A stretch of 64,000 nucleotides of DNA from Azolla caroliniana (Eukaryota; Plantae; Polypodiophyta), in NCBI GenBank assembly GCA_043228905.1, contig JBHGNT010000013.1, positions 8,742,001 through 8,806,000 of the forward strand, read 5' to 3'. The translations under genes were made by a program, and so were the position numbers. Below are positions 24,716 to 37,701 of this stretch, one piece after another (positions within the stretch are counted from its first letter, which is position 1; every line of letters starts with the position of its first letter). Below the pieces are notes generated by a model that saw only the letters and a program-made list of their open reading frames with translations, ran no database searches and was not told the DNA's origin.

Positions 24716-27700
24716 CTTTTTGGCATGTAAGGGTGTGTGGCGGTGTTCTATTGAGAATTGTAATTGTTTGTCTCCTCATTCTCAGTTTACTTTCTAGTTT
24801 TCTTCTTCTTTTTATTTTTTATTTTTTATTTTCTTTTATCTTCTTTCTCCTTTTGCAACCACAGCTTCTCCTTCTACTTCTTGTAGAGGAGGAACCGTGT
24901 GGTGTGAGCCACCCCTTTGGGCTAGGAGCGCGATAGGGGGCCACCACCAGCAGAACCTGAGTAGACCCAAAGGATCGGGTCGACAACGTTTTTGCAGCGC
25001 CCTGATGGTGGATGTCGTCAGATTCCCCCCAATCGTCAGCCCTAGCTCGCCACATTACATGATCTCTTATGCGCGCGCTTATTACAACAACCACCACTAG
25101 ATGCAGGCCCGGCCCCACCTCCCTCTCGCCTGCCCAGACTTGGGCCGTTGGCCACAATGCTGCCAGAAGAGCTGAACGGGTGGTTGCACCAAACGGTGGC
25201 CTAGCTGAGCTACACGTCCTCTCCTGCAGCAGCGGAGTTTCTTCCCTCGTCTTCGGGTTCTCCTTCACCACCCCATCACCACGTTGGCTCTTGCCGCACC
25301 ACCCGCCCTTCCACCGTCTCATGACATGTGGAACACCACTACCAATCCCACCTTCCGCTCACCCCCACTGGTCCTTTGCTGCTGCCATGCCATACCCTTA
25401 TTCCATTTTCTCTAGGAATAGTGACGCGGAGGAGCACTTACGCCCATACCTCCGCATGTGGATGGTAAACCACATCGGCCAACGTCTAATGGGGTGGGAT
25501 TTGGCAGCGTCACAAGTGGAGTTTGGTCTGTCACTGGATGGCCCACCCGCCACATGGTTCAAGGCACAACCCTTGACCACCTTTACGACATTCGATAGTC
25601 TTGCTGCACGCTTCAAGAAATTATTTCAACGGTGTTTATCGTTGAAACAGCTCCACATTGCCTATTACTCAGCAATGCAAGCTGAGGGCAAGCACATAGC
25701 AAACTACTACATGAAGTTTCAGACCTTCATGCAATGCTTCCCCACTCCTCCATCGGAGGAGGACCAGATCGACACGTTTATCTGGGGCGTCCGCCTACCA
25801 GTTGGACTTCACACAATCCACCTTAGAGGATGTATTCGATCAGGCACTCCTTTGTGAGGACACACCTTGGGTGCCAGCCGACGCTTCACAAGCTGTCCTA
25901 ATATCCATGTACAAACTGTCACCACGACTGTCGCCCCGACATACAACACGCATCGCACCCTGCCACCGATTAGATATTTTACCATGGAGCCCCAACAGCT
26001 GGAAGCACAACCACTGTAGTCTCCGGTGGCTGTGTTTTGCACACGTTGCTACCAAGCGTGCCATTCAGTGTTGGAATGCCCCCTATGTTGTCTCCTCTGC
26101 AACTCTGTTGCACATGTCATTGCCAATTGCAAGTACAATTTGCTCGCACGGACCTTCACAAAACGTGGGTCTTTTTGGATTACCGTTTACTAGATGTCGA
26201 TGAGAATGGATTTACCCTACCGAATGGCACCATCCCTATGATATGTAGAAGCTTTCCTCCTCTCTCTTTCAGTGGTCGGCAAAACTTGTAACAAAATATC
26301 TGGTAGTGACGCATGTGGTGTAAGTAAAATATGAAGAAAACAAACGCCTTTTTTTTCATTAGGATTTTGTGGACTGGTCTTTAGCCCACACACGCAACAC
26401 TTCGAATCTCAAGATGCATGTAATCAACTGCACCAGGGCTACAATCGGCCGTGACAACGGTATGGATGATGATTCAACAACCAATTGCGCCACCAAGACC
26501 AACTGACACAAGACCCACCAACCCCTCCCACACATAACCTCGTCCCTCGCTGTTTCTACTGCAACCAACCGGGCCATTTTCAGAACGGCTGCTCGCAACG
26601 TCCCCCAACTGGCAATGGACCAAAAGTCAATTTGATCACAGCAGATGTACATATGGTCTAGACTCGGTCTCGGACACACGAAACAACATGGCAGTCACAG
26701 GACGAAGTGCGCCGCCAAATGCATGCCTGGGTGGGGTCGGCCGCAAATGACGCAAACACTCTCTCAGGAGAGGACATCGTGTGGCTCCTAGAGCCCTATA
26801 ATATTACACTCTCGCTGGGTCGTCTCTCCGACCTTGTCCCGCGCTTTCACGCCCAAATGGAGGAGGAACTTCAACATTGTACGATGACTTCGTCACGACT
26901 ATTGAACCCAATCCCAGACGCAACTTTACACGATGAACATTGCCCTTTCCTCTCCCTCGACGTCAACAGCCAACATGTGCAAGGGGTTGTCATTGATGAC
27001 GGGTTGGGGGTCAAGGTGATCAGCGAGGCCACTTGCCGTGATCTCGACATCTTAGATTGGGCCCATTGCGCCTTCCATCTCCACATGGCAAATACTAGTG
27101 CAATGAAGCCGTTGGGGTGTCTCAAAGACCTCCCTATCACGTTAGGCAGCGAAACATTCCAAATCTCTGCAGTGGTGTTGTGCTTGGCCGATAATGGTCG
27201 ATATCCTCTCCTCCTTGGACGACCATGGCTTCGCGTGGTCCAGATCAATCAAGATTGGCTGAATAATCGGCTCACGATCCCTCAGACCGTCGCATGCAGT
27301 CACCCCAGTGTGCGGCGAAACTGTCAACATGCTTGACGACAATACAGAAGAAGAAGTCGACGTGTATCAAGAGGAAAATCCCGATTTTGTACCAAAGTTC
27401 GAGATAGACGTACTCGACATCCTTGACCAACGAGCATAGTTGTTTGAGTCAACTGCCATGTCTGCCCTAGATGTGGAATCATTAGCCTCTCCTTCACTGG
27501 AAGCATTAGCCGAGCTTGACCAAGCCTCCACAAACCTGGAACGTGACCTCACACTATCACAAAGGGTTCAAGCAACCGAGTTGGAGGAGCTGAACCTAGG
27601 AACGCAGGGCACACCGCGTGTAGTCCTAGTAACAAAGCATCTTCCCGATTCCTTTCGAACGCAACTAGAGTGTTTATTGCGGTCGTACAAGGATGTTTTC

Positions 27701-30700
27701 GCATGGTCGCACATTGACATGCCGGGGCTCGACCCATAGTTTTATCACCACAAAATTAATTTGAAAGGCGATGCAAACCTCGTCCAACAACGCATATATA
27801 GAATGAACCCTAACTACGCCGAAAAAATCAAGGAAGAAATCAACAAACTTTTCGGTGCGGGGTTCATTTGGCTAGTTAAGATGGCCACGTGGCTCAGCCC
27901 AATCGTGGTCGTCCCGAAGAAGAACGGGAAAATCCGAGTCTACGTCGATTATAGGAAGTTGAATGCAAATACAATCATCGAAGCTTTCCCGCTCCCCTTC
28001 ACGAACTCCATTTTTGACACAGTTGTGGGCCATGAACTCTACAGTTTCTTGGACGGATTCAACAGTTATAACCAAGTTCGCATGGCCCTAGAGGAAGAAG
28101 AAAAAAAAACCTCTATCACAGATTGGGGAGTGTATGTCGATGTGGTCATGATGTTTGGGCTCAAGACTGCGCCCACGACGTTTCAACGTATTATAATGGA
28201 GATCTTCGAGGAATACATACTTGGGTTTATGCAGGTATTCCTAGACGACTTCCCTGTCTTCGGTTCCAAAGGCAAGCACATTGTGCATCTCAATAAATGC
28301 CTCCAACATTGTTGTAATAGCTGGCTCCGCCTTAACCCCTTGAATTGTGAGTTTGCAGTATCCAATGACATGTTGCTTGGGCATATCATTAGCTTGCAGG
28401 GCATCACAATCGACCCAAGTAAAGTCCAAGCAATCCTTGCCGCCCCACCTCTGACCAACTCCAAGGGCCTCATGCAATTCCTTGGACAGATGCTACACAA
28501 GCACAATAGGGTCTCGCACTACCTCGCCGATTTTGCAAGGCCTCTCCATGTAGTCGTTCACCATATGCCGTTTCGTTGGATTGCAATCAAACAAGAGGCG
28601 TTCAACACCCTCAAAATACTCCTCTCCTATGCCTCTATAGTGCAATCACCACATTGGGACGAGTCGTTCCATGTATTTGTGGACGCCTTGGATATTGCGA
28701 TCGGCAGCGTCTTGATGCAGCTGCCCGAACCCCGTTGGTTCCGACCAATATTCTACGCAAGCCGACATCTTTCCTTGGCCGAACACCACTACTCAACAGA
28801 ACGTGAAGCCTTGGGTCTTATTTTTAGTGTAACCAAGTTTCGGCACTACTTGGTCGGGCGAAGATTCACATTTCATGTGGACCATGCTACGTTGCTCTAC
28901 ATTGCGGCCAAGAGCTCATTAACTAGTAAAATGACTTGATGGGCGCTACTGCTTCAGGAATTCGAGTTTGACGTCATTCACTGACCTGGCATGCAACATG
29001 CCATTGCGGATTACCTTGCTCGGCTCGAATGCGGTGAAGGGTGGGTAGAGGTCCCAGATGAACTTCCTGACTCCTCCATCCTCCATGTCGTCACCACCCC
29101 TACTATACCCGACGACCCCAATTGTTGGTTGAACAACATGGACTTCTACTTGGCTAACGGGATGTTGCCGCCACACCTCGTCGATGATGAGCGGAAACAA
29201 TTAGCGGTACACAACCGTAATTTTCGATTGTTGGACATCCTCTACTTTCACTTGGTAGATTGTATTTGGCATAGGGTGGTCTGCCACCATGAAATAACCG
29301 CTATTCTCACTGCTTGTCACGCTGGGATAGTAGGCGGTCACTACGTAGGGGATGTCACCGCCTGCAAGGTTTGGCAAAGCGGCCTTTGGTGGCCAACGGT
29401 CAGCCGTGATGCCGCGGCCTTCGCCAAGGCTTGTGACGCCTATCAATGCACTGGCTAACCGCATGAATCGGCTCATATGCCACATCACCCAATGTTACCG
29501 CTCAAGCCGTTCCAGAAGGGGGGTTTGGATTTTATGGGTTCATTCAAACCCCTAGCCGCACAAACCGGTAACGTGTACATCCTCGTGGCAACGAACTATT
29601 GCACCAAGCAGGTCAAGGCAAAGGCTTTGTGCGATAACACGGCGAAATCAACAGTGAAATTTTTATACGAGTGCATATGGTGTTGGTTCGGCTGCCCGAT
29701 TGAACTAGTTAGCGACCAAGGGCCTCATTTCATTAATGACGTCGTGCATAGGAGGAGTATGTCGTACTACCTGCAAGCAAATGGATTAGCGGAGAGCACG
29801 AACAAGATACTCCAAAGCATTCTCCGCAAAATCGTCAACGAGCATCATGGGGATTGGGACTACAAACTCCAATCGGCACTCTAGGTGTACCGTACCAATT
29901 ACAAGACAAGCATTGGCTCCATGCCATTCTGCCTCGCATATGGCCTGGAAACCTTCATGCCCATTGAGTTCGAGGTTCCCAGTCTATGCATTGAAGTGTA
30001 GGAACGTTTGCCGAAAGATGAATCATGGATCGCGCGGGCAGAACAGTTGCTTCGCTTGGAAGAGGAGAGATTCCACTGTGAGCGACGACTAGAACGGGAA
30101 CAATTGCGGCACAAGGCCTTCGTCGACCGCCATGGCCGCCGCAACGTGGAAACTTTGCGGGTGGGAACATTCGCCCTTGTTTTCTCCACATGCTCCGGGC
30201 TTATGTCGGGGAAACTCAAATTACGGTGGTCGGGGCCATTTTGGATCACCAATACGTGTGCAGGCGCATTTGAGCTCGACACTTAGATGGCCAAATCCTA
30301 TCGGCGTGGGTGAATGGTTTTAGGCTCAAGCAGTACAATGGCACGATGCCACCCAACCCTTTTATACGCAACCATCCCGCTAAGGCTAACTCCACGATTG
30401 GCCCTCCATCTTTGGACCCCCCAACCACACCTATAATTGCAACTTCGGTCACCATTGGATAAGTTGTCCACATTGATGCTGCAAGCTTTGTACAGTTCTT
30501 TATTTCATGAATTGTTTTACATTTTGCTAAATTACCGCATATCAAGGGTTTGTAGGTTCGGCCATGCATTTTTGCACTGTCCCATAGCCGTGCTAGTGTT
30601 ATTGGCCGATCGGTGTGAAATGGGATGGGCCAACCAAACCATGTATATATATATATATGCCCTTTTTGGGATGTAAGGGTGTGTGGCGGTGTTCTATTGA

Positions 30701-30976
30701 GAATAGTAAGTGTTTGTCTCCTCGTTCTGAGTTTACTTGCTAGTTTTTTTCTTTTTTTTCTTCTATCTTCTTCTTCCTTTTTTCTTTCTTCTTTTTTTTT
30801 TTTTTCTCCTTCTATCTTCTTTCTCCTTTTGCAACTGCAACTGCAACTTCTCCTTCTACTTTTTCTTCTTGTAGAGGAGGAACCATGTGGTGTGAGCCAC
30901 CCCTTAGGGATGGGAGTGCGGTAGGCGGGCACCACCAACATAACCTGAGTAGATCCAAAGGATTAGGTCGACAACA
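24635..30976 (+). mobile_element. Degenerate Ty3/gypsy non-chromovirus (Athila/Tat-like) LTR retrotransposon
   Basis: Diverged LTRs at ~24635-24988 and ~30597-30976. Domains are gag, protease (LLGRPWL), RT (WLSPIVVVPKKNGKIRVYVDYRKLN, FLDD), RNase H (VDALDIAIG, YSTEREALG) and integrase (H...GGH, SDQGPHF, QANGLAE, RWSGPF). No TSD or clear PPT was found. Confidence 0.92.
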
Positions 30977-31011
30977 AACACCAGGTCATTTAGAACAGGT
31001 AATATGTCGCA
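30977..31011 (+). repeat. Left terminal inverted repeat of the DNA transposon (outer end abuts a Gypsy LTR)
   Basis: Reverse-complement match to 45917-45951. Confidence 0.75.
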
Positions 31012-31459
31012 TTCCTTTATTTATAAATACATGAGATGTGAATAATTACTATTTTTTAACAAGCTTTCAAGAATGTATCACGCATGCGCACATGACTTTT
31101 AAAAATATCATTAAAAAACATAGTTAATATTATCAAGATTTCAAATTTAACCTATATTTTCTCAATTCATACACAAATTTATCCTAATATTAGGTTAGAT
31201 TACGAGAATGCTTCCAACTGTAATTGTAATATGCTTCCAACTTAACAATTTTAGAAATAAAATTTTGTTGCTATATTTGTCTCTAACTGCTATAAAGATT
31301 GTTATCTTAAATTAGCAAATAGCATTTTTGGATATAATTAGAAACATATTCACATGCCCAAAAACTACTACGAACATTATGCCCCAATCATACATGAACA
31401 ACCTGAATGTTTTATCAAGTGAGCAACAACATTGACTTAATATTATATTGTGTTTACTA

Positions 31460-31895
31460 GAAACTCAATAACCAAGATTAAAGACAACATAGATCATACA
31501 ATAAAGCTAAATTGAATTATATTAATCAAGAAACAATTAGAACCAACATTTGTCATACTATCGATAGTTCATCATCTTCTATCAATGAAAATTATACTTA
31601 ACCACAAACTTTACGAGTCAACCTTTGCAAACATATAATGGACACTTAAAGTTTGAGACACCAATCGAAAATTATTGTGTTCCCTCGAAACCAAATAACC
31701 AAGATTAAAGACAACATAAATCCTAGAATAAAGCTAAATTCAATTATATTAATCAAGAACAATTATAACCAAAATTTGTCATACAATCGATAAGTTCATC
31801 ATTATCTATTCAATGAAAATTATATTTAACCACATACTTTTCGAGTTAACCTTTACAAATATATGATAGACACTTAAGGTTTGCACACCAATCGG
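31460..31895. repeat. Tandem duplication with ~227-bp period
   Basis: gaaac..aataaccaagattaaagacaacata... occurs at 31460 and 31687 and stays collinear to ...caccaatcg. Confidence 0.85.
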
Positions 31896-31992
31896 ATAGT
31901 GTAAAGAAATGGTACTCAAACAAAAAAAATCTTATATTCCAAAAAAGTTTAGTGTTACAAGTTTTTCGTTACAAATACAAAGTAGTATACAA

Positions 31993-34900
31993 TCACTCCA
32001 TTAGGAGGTCTAGAACAAGTTGCTCTACAAGATCGGCTGACTGTTGTGTTGCATCTACATGTTTTGTCTCCTCAGCTCAATCTTGTATTTGATCAGACCC
32101 CGGTGCATCTTCAAGGTCGACAAGGTCCCCTCCTTTTAAAAAAAAAACATATCCTTCCATTAGTTTATAAAAACCATATCAGCTACAAAATACAAAATGA
32201 TTGAGAGGAGATGATTATCCTTCCCCAACCCGTCTTGTGTAAGACAATAGCTAGCCATGAATCCTTCTTTTGATAGACTTGATTGAACACTTCCTTAATA
32301 GTTGAAACATACCATGAATTTGCATATGTTCAAACCAAATCAATCTTCCTCATCATGTTCATATTCAACATCTCCCGATACCACCATTGGGTCATCACAT
32401 GCATCCAATATACCCCCACATTTACAATGACCAAGCATCCTCTATTTTCCATATTCAACATAAAACTCAATCAAAGCATTATGGTATAGGGGTCATTTTG
32501 TATGCCTTGATCCATGATTCCAACATGTATGAACATGCCATCATGTACAACCATGTGATCAAGACCCACTTTAAGGGATCTCAGCCCTTTGAACAGTTTA
32601 TATGCATCTAATAACCTTGCACATGTTGCCTGCACATCAACTGTACTTCATGACACCATCCATCACATAAAAAGAAACAGACTTCTTCTAAATGCATACA
32701 TAAGAGCATCCCCCTCCACCTATTTCAATGACTCCATCCATCTCATAAGAAGAAATGGGATTCTGCATATATATCATTTAGCATTTTAGTGATTACAAGA
32801 TCATGTTCCAAATCCAGTTTTCAAATTTCACTTCTTATCTTTTTCCTACTCCTCGAAGGGCAGAATTCCAGATACGCCATGATGCCATAATTTCTTTTGA
32901 TATCACCAAACCAGAAAATAAGTCTCAAATGAGATTGCACAAAATCTCAATTATTTCTTTCTTTTCAACAACTCAGCCATTGACATACATAACTCCTAAG
33001 ACAGTACCAATAACAGTTAACATATCCCCATGTCTCATATTGGTGGAGGAAATACCCAGAGAGGTGGTTGATACCTCCAATGTATACAAGAATTAACCAT
33101 GTAAAATACATTCATCCTTTCCCATGTCTTCTTAAAAACCTCTTTCTTTCAAAGGACTACATATGAATCACCCTTGATAGCGTCATACTCTCCTTTTAGT
33201 GTATGGACCAAGGTCAACCAAATCTCCTTGACTACATCCACAACATTCCATTGAATTTGCTGAAATATCCTTCGACATCTACTAGTCCACAAAACCCACA
33301 ATGTTATGGAACTAATAGTCTCCCAAACCACCCCATTTTGTATTGAATTACGATGCATACACGTTAACACTTCCTCAACATATCAACCTCTTGTATGTAA
33401 TGAAAAGGTAACCTTTTCTTGTTCATAATCTTGTACCTTACCCTTAATAGCAACCCACATCACTGCTCCCCATTTATATACTCTAGAGCCATATACTTCA
33501 TGCAATAAATGTAATATCCTTTTCCAAACCAATTTAGCCTCCATACATGACCATAATAGGTGATGAAGAGACTCCATCTGTAATCCACAAAAATCACACA
33601 TTTTATCTGCATCCTTACAATGCATCCAAACTCTAACAAGAACCGCATAATGAACAATCAACCATCTAAATAAAATAATCTTCTTTGGAATTTGCATAGC
33701 CCATAGCCATTTCCAAAATGTGGTTATATGAGTAGAATCAACATTATAACTTAACCATGTTGTAGCTATTGTCGGCCAATGAGGTATCCTACGTCATAAC
33801 ATCTCCCTTCCCAATCAAACTGAATATTGAAAAAACGGCTTCGTCCTAACATCCTCCCCAAAATATGATGTAGGTAACCACTTCCATTCCCTTGGACCCC
33901 ATTCCGGGGGATTAACACTAATCGTCCATCTCCTTCCTCGTCTATAGGTTCCATTGGCTCTCCGGATGTCAACTGAAACATCTCAGTTTCGTTGATATGC
34001 TTTGCCCCAACCTCTTGGTCCTGGTGGGGACAATCCTAGATGCCTTGGATCCTCATCTTTATAAAATTGACTTGCTCGGGGTCCTTCTCTAATGCGACGA
34101 GTTCCTGAACAATTTAAGAGCGCACATAGTTGTTGTTCCTAAATAAACAATGACACATGCAAAAGTAAGAAAACAAAGACAAGAAATAATATTTTATTTT
34201 AAGAAAAATTGATCAGACTTATGAGATTACCCGTTCCAGAAAATAAGTCGAGCACCCAATCATCAGGGTCCGAGAACAACTTGACCAACCAATTAATCAA
34301 TCGTTGGGGCTTTTGATATGGGATTACAAGACTCTTGTCACTAGACACGTGGCACAATTTCTTCGTTACAGCTTGGCACATGATATAGTTGACAACATTT
34401 CGCTCATTAACATTGCCTGAGCCTTCTTCTTAGAAATAACATCGTAATAGCCCACACACAAATGCTCCACGATGCTCACCATTCGATCACCCGGGGTACG
34501 AGTTATGTTCGTTTTAACCCTATTTTATAATTGAATCTAAACAAGTTAATATATATGTAGTAAGCACCATAGAATCTATACATTAAATATATAGTAACAT
34601 AAAGCTTACCAATGCATGTGTTTGGTGGCATGGCATCTCGACTTCAATGCAACAGTGTTCGATAAAGCCTGACATAATATGAAATATAACGATTTGCCAT
34701 AATGGAGCCAGGGTTAGATCTGCAAAGTCTTTAACCATTTTCTCTATTTGCGGATATTTGTATGGTATATCATCGTATGTAGAGCCTGATATTCGGAATC
34801 CATACGGTATATCTGCCACGAGCATTGTATAATGTCGCCTAGGTAATATGTCAAGCATATTACCCGCATCACCATTATATACACTATAGTACAGTTGTCG

Positions 34901-35896
34901 GAAATGATCAGTCTTGTGCAAAAAGCTTTTCACAATATTTGAATCCTCAGGCACCTTGAGCTCCTTTCCTTTTGTCATTCGTTTCTCATATTTAGCTCAT
35001 TCCAAATGGGTGATGAAGGCACTTGGTATGCCTTCATTGCTGTCACCCATTTTCTTTGAACGAGGTGGTTTCTGTAATTATACATTTTGTAAGAAGAAAC
35101 CTATTATCCTAAAATCAATTAATATTTGTAAAACATACATACCCATTCTCTAAACACGATGAAAAATTCTTCAAGAGCATTGTACGATTGCTCCACTTCT
35201 TCCTACATAGGCAAGGAAAACTTTTTCATCATCAGATCTTGTATCTTCATATAAACCTTATGGCCAAAAATTAAAAGAAAGTAAGGTTGGAATGAAGAGC
35301 AAATCAACAAATCAATACAATTGAAATAAGTCATCACATAGAATACTCACTTTTGAAACTCAATGACCATTTCATCAAGGCTGAACTCCTTGGCGGCCAC
35401 TCTTGATAATACAGATATTAATAATATGTCATCTTTGATTCCTTGCAATGACCGCCAAGGAAGTTTTTTTGTTGGGGAGGGAATCGTCAATTTGAAGGAT
35501 GGGACCTTCTATCCTGATTCACTGAAAACAACAGGTAATAACATAATGATATATTGATAATCTTAAAAATAAACAACGTAAACCTGAAAACTAAGGTAAA
35601 GTTCCACAAAAGTAGGCGAAAATCACCCGTTTAGGGTTGTAATGTTACATACAAAACATTGAGAAAAATGCCAAAAAATAGCAAGAAAGTGACCAATTCT
35701 AGTATTTTGATCATGAAAGTCCCCCCTTTCAACGGGAACTCGATGCAGTGCATCGAGTTCTCGTTGAAATTATGAGCACTCGATTGAAAGCATCGAATTC
35801 TAGAAGTAGAAATTAACAAACACAAAAAGGAATCTTTGAAGAATAAAAAAATATAGTTTGAAAAACATACCTGGCAATCTTCTTTCCCTTGTTCAT
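31993..35896 (-). pseudogene. Intron-containing beta-class N6-adenine/N4-cytosine DNA methyltransferase (N6_N4_Mtase, PF01555-like) pseudogene
   Basis: Inferred GT-AG exons are 35896-35871(?), 35521-35351, 35256-35143, 35071-34610, 34519-34231 and 34138-~33770, plus a probable tail at 32133-31993 beyond an L1. Motifs in beta-class order are VYNGDA, MLVADIPYG (motif IV), H-W|VKTN...VEHLCVG, PYQKPQRLINWLVKLFSDPDDWVLDLFSGT|GTTTMCALKLFRN.VALEKDPEQVNFIKMRI (motifs X, I, II). There are several stops and 1-nt frameshifts. Confidence 0.85.
32134..33765 (-). mobile_element. 5'-truncated L1-type LINE (zf-RVT region plus long 3' region), probably inserted in the last exon of the methyltransferase gene
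   Basis: WKWLWAMQIPKKIILFRWL...CDFCGLQMESLHHLLWSC...VWK (zf-RVT) and ITLWVLWTSRCRRIF. It is related to the L1 at 36958-43718. Ends are approximate and no TSD was found. Confidence 0.8.
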
Positions 35897-37504
35897 GTTG
35901 CTGACGTTGGTGTCGACTTGACTGGGGAGGTGATAACTGGAATTCTTGGTTGCTCTGTGCTCCTGTGCTCTTCTGTTGCTTGAACGCAATAATGACAATG
36001 AGAAGATGACTTTCCCTTATATAATTTTTTATTTTATTTTATTTTATTTTTTTAAAAAGCTTTTGGACATGGTGCTTATTATAGAACTAAACTTGAGCCT
36101 ATTGGACTTCCGTGATCTTAGTTAGCCTTACTCAAAATGTCCTCAAACTCGAGTAAAAATTCTCTATTTTCTATTGAGCCTTTTACATTATCTGATAACT
36201 TGTTATTCTCAATTGAGGAAAATAACCATGTTAATAATAAACGATATCATATATAAAGTAAAATGACGATCGAGAGCAAAGTTCAATGTCACTTTTTTCG
36301 ATAGAGCCTTTTAACTTAGGTAAAATAAGAAGTATTAAAGTAGATACAAATCATAACGAGTCTAGTTTTTCGAATGTTGACAACGACTGTGTCAACATGC
36401 CTCTAAATTTTCGAAGAGTTCCTCGACAAGTGCGCGTTAAATGATATAATTTTTTGTATTTGGATCGCCAAATTGCAATTGATATATGCAAGGTATGTTG
36501 TAGGAGCCTTTGTCTATCAAAATTTGGAAAAGAAAACTTGCGGGGTTTGTGAAAAAAGTATTTGGCTCTCCATGGCGACGAACAAGATACATTCTTGATT
36601 GTCAATATGCAGCTTGTTAAGGACCATCTGGCAGTGTCATGTTCTTAGCAGGTGGAATATTACCTTTCACTTTGAAGAGTTGTCGAGTTGCTTTTAAAAT
36701 TTCCTATAGCATCGGGAACATGAGGCTATAAAGAATTCAACATCGATTACTTAAGGGATGGTGGGTAACTTTCATCAATACAGAATCTACATGTAAGGGT
36801 CTAATTGGGCGACATGCAGTTAGATGGATGGAGATATATTTGTCAAAGCAATGTGATGTTATGCCCACCACTGGAAGGTTACATTTGTTAGATAACTTCA
36901 CTCGTCGTGAGGTATACCAAGTGTATAAGGATGACATGTTATTGGAAAGTGTACCTTTTTATTTATTTATTTACTTAAAAGTCAAGATTCATCGTTGTAT
37001 TAATGAAAAGATGGCCAAAGGGTACAAAGGCTACAAAGTATCCATACAATCTATTACAACCCTCCTACCCACATGAATGGACATGTCTAGTAGCGGAAAC
37101 CCTCTTGTATGGTCTTTTCAAGACATGGGGCGAAAAATGCCAACTGGGTGGAGCATATCTCCATTTTATTTTGTCCCCAAATTAGGTGAAGACCTCTGCC
37201 TTCTTCCAAATTTCTCGAAATTGTTGTTGCTTGCGAAACACAACATCAGGCTCACCATGTATTGCCTCATATTGACGTCTTAGAGTATGTAGGAGCATCA
37301 ACCATATCTCCTTGCCTAACTTAACCGCATTCGGTTTGACATTCTGAAATACACACTTACATCTTGCCTTCCATAACATCCAAACTACTAAAGAAGATAC
37401 AATAGACCAAACCTTGTCTTCTTCCAAACAATGGATTGGTGTAGTGTAAGAGGCCTCAAACACATGTCTTCCATAAGAGAGGAGAACAAAATCAACACAG
37501 TCCC

Positions 37505-37660
37505 TATCAGGAACAATATCAGGAACAATACTAAGATAGAGAAGTATTGTCAGGAACAATACTAAGACAAAGAAGGAATTAGTACTAAAAGATGAGGATT
37601 AGTACTAAGGGAGGTGTAGAACTCTTGAGAGAAAGAAAGAGTGAGTGAGAGAGAGAGATC

Positions 37661-37701
<41 letters not shown>

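Noticed and set aside
32140-33050. Possible extra ORF downstream of the L1 zf-RVT region
   Set aside because: No long ORF in the track and no recognisable motif. Treated as L1 3' region or transduced sequence.
33770-35071. Bacterial contaminant or fresh horizontal transfer as the source of the methyltransferase
   Set aside because: The gene has GT-AG introns at conserved codons, host-like AT-rich composition and nested plant retroelements.
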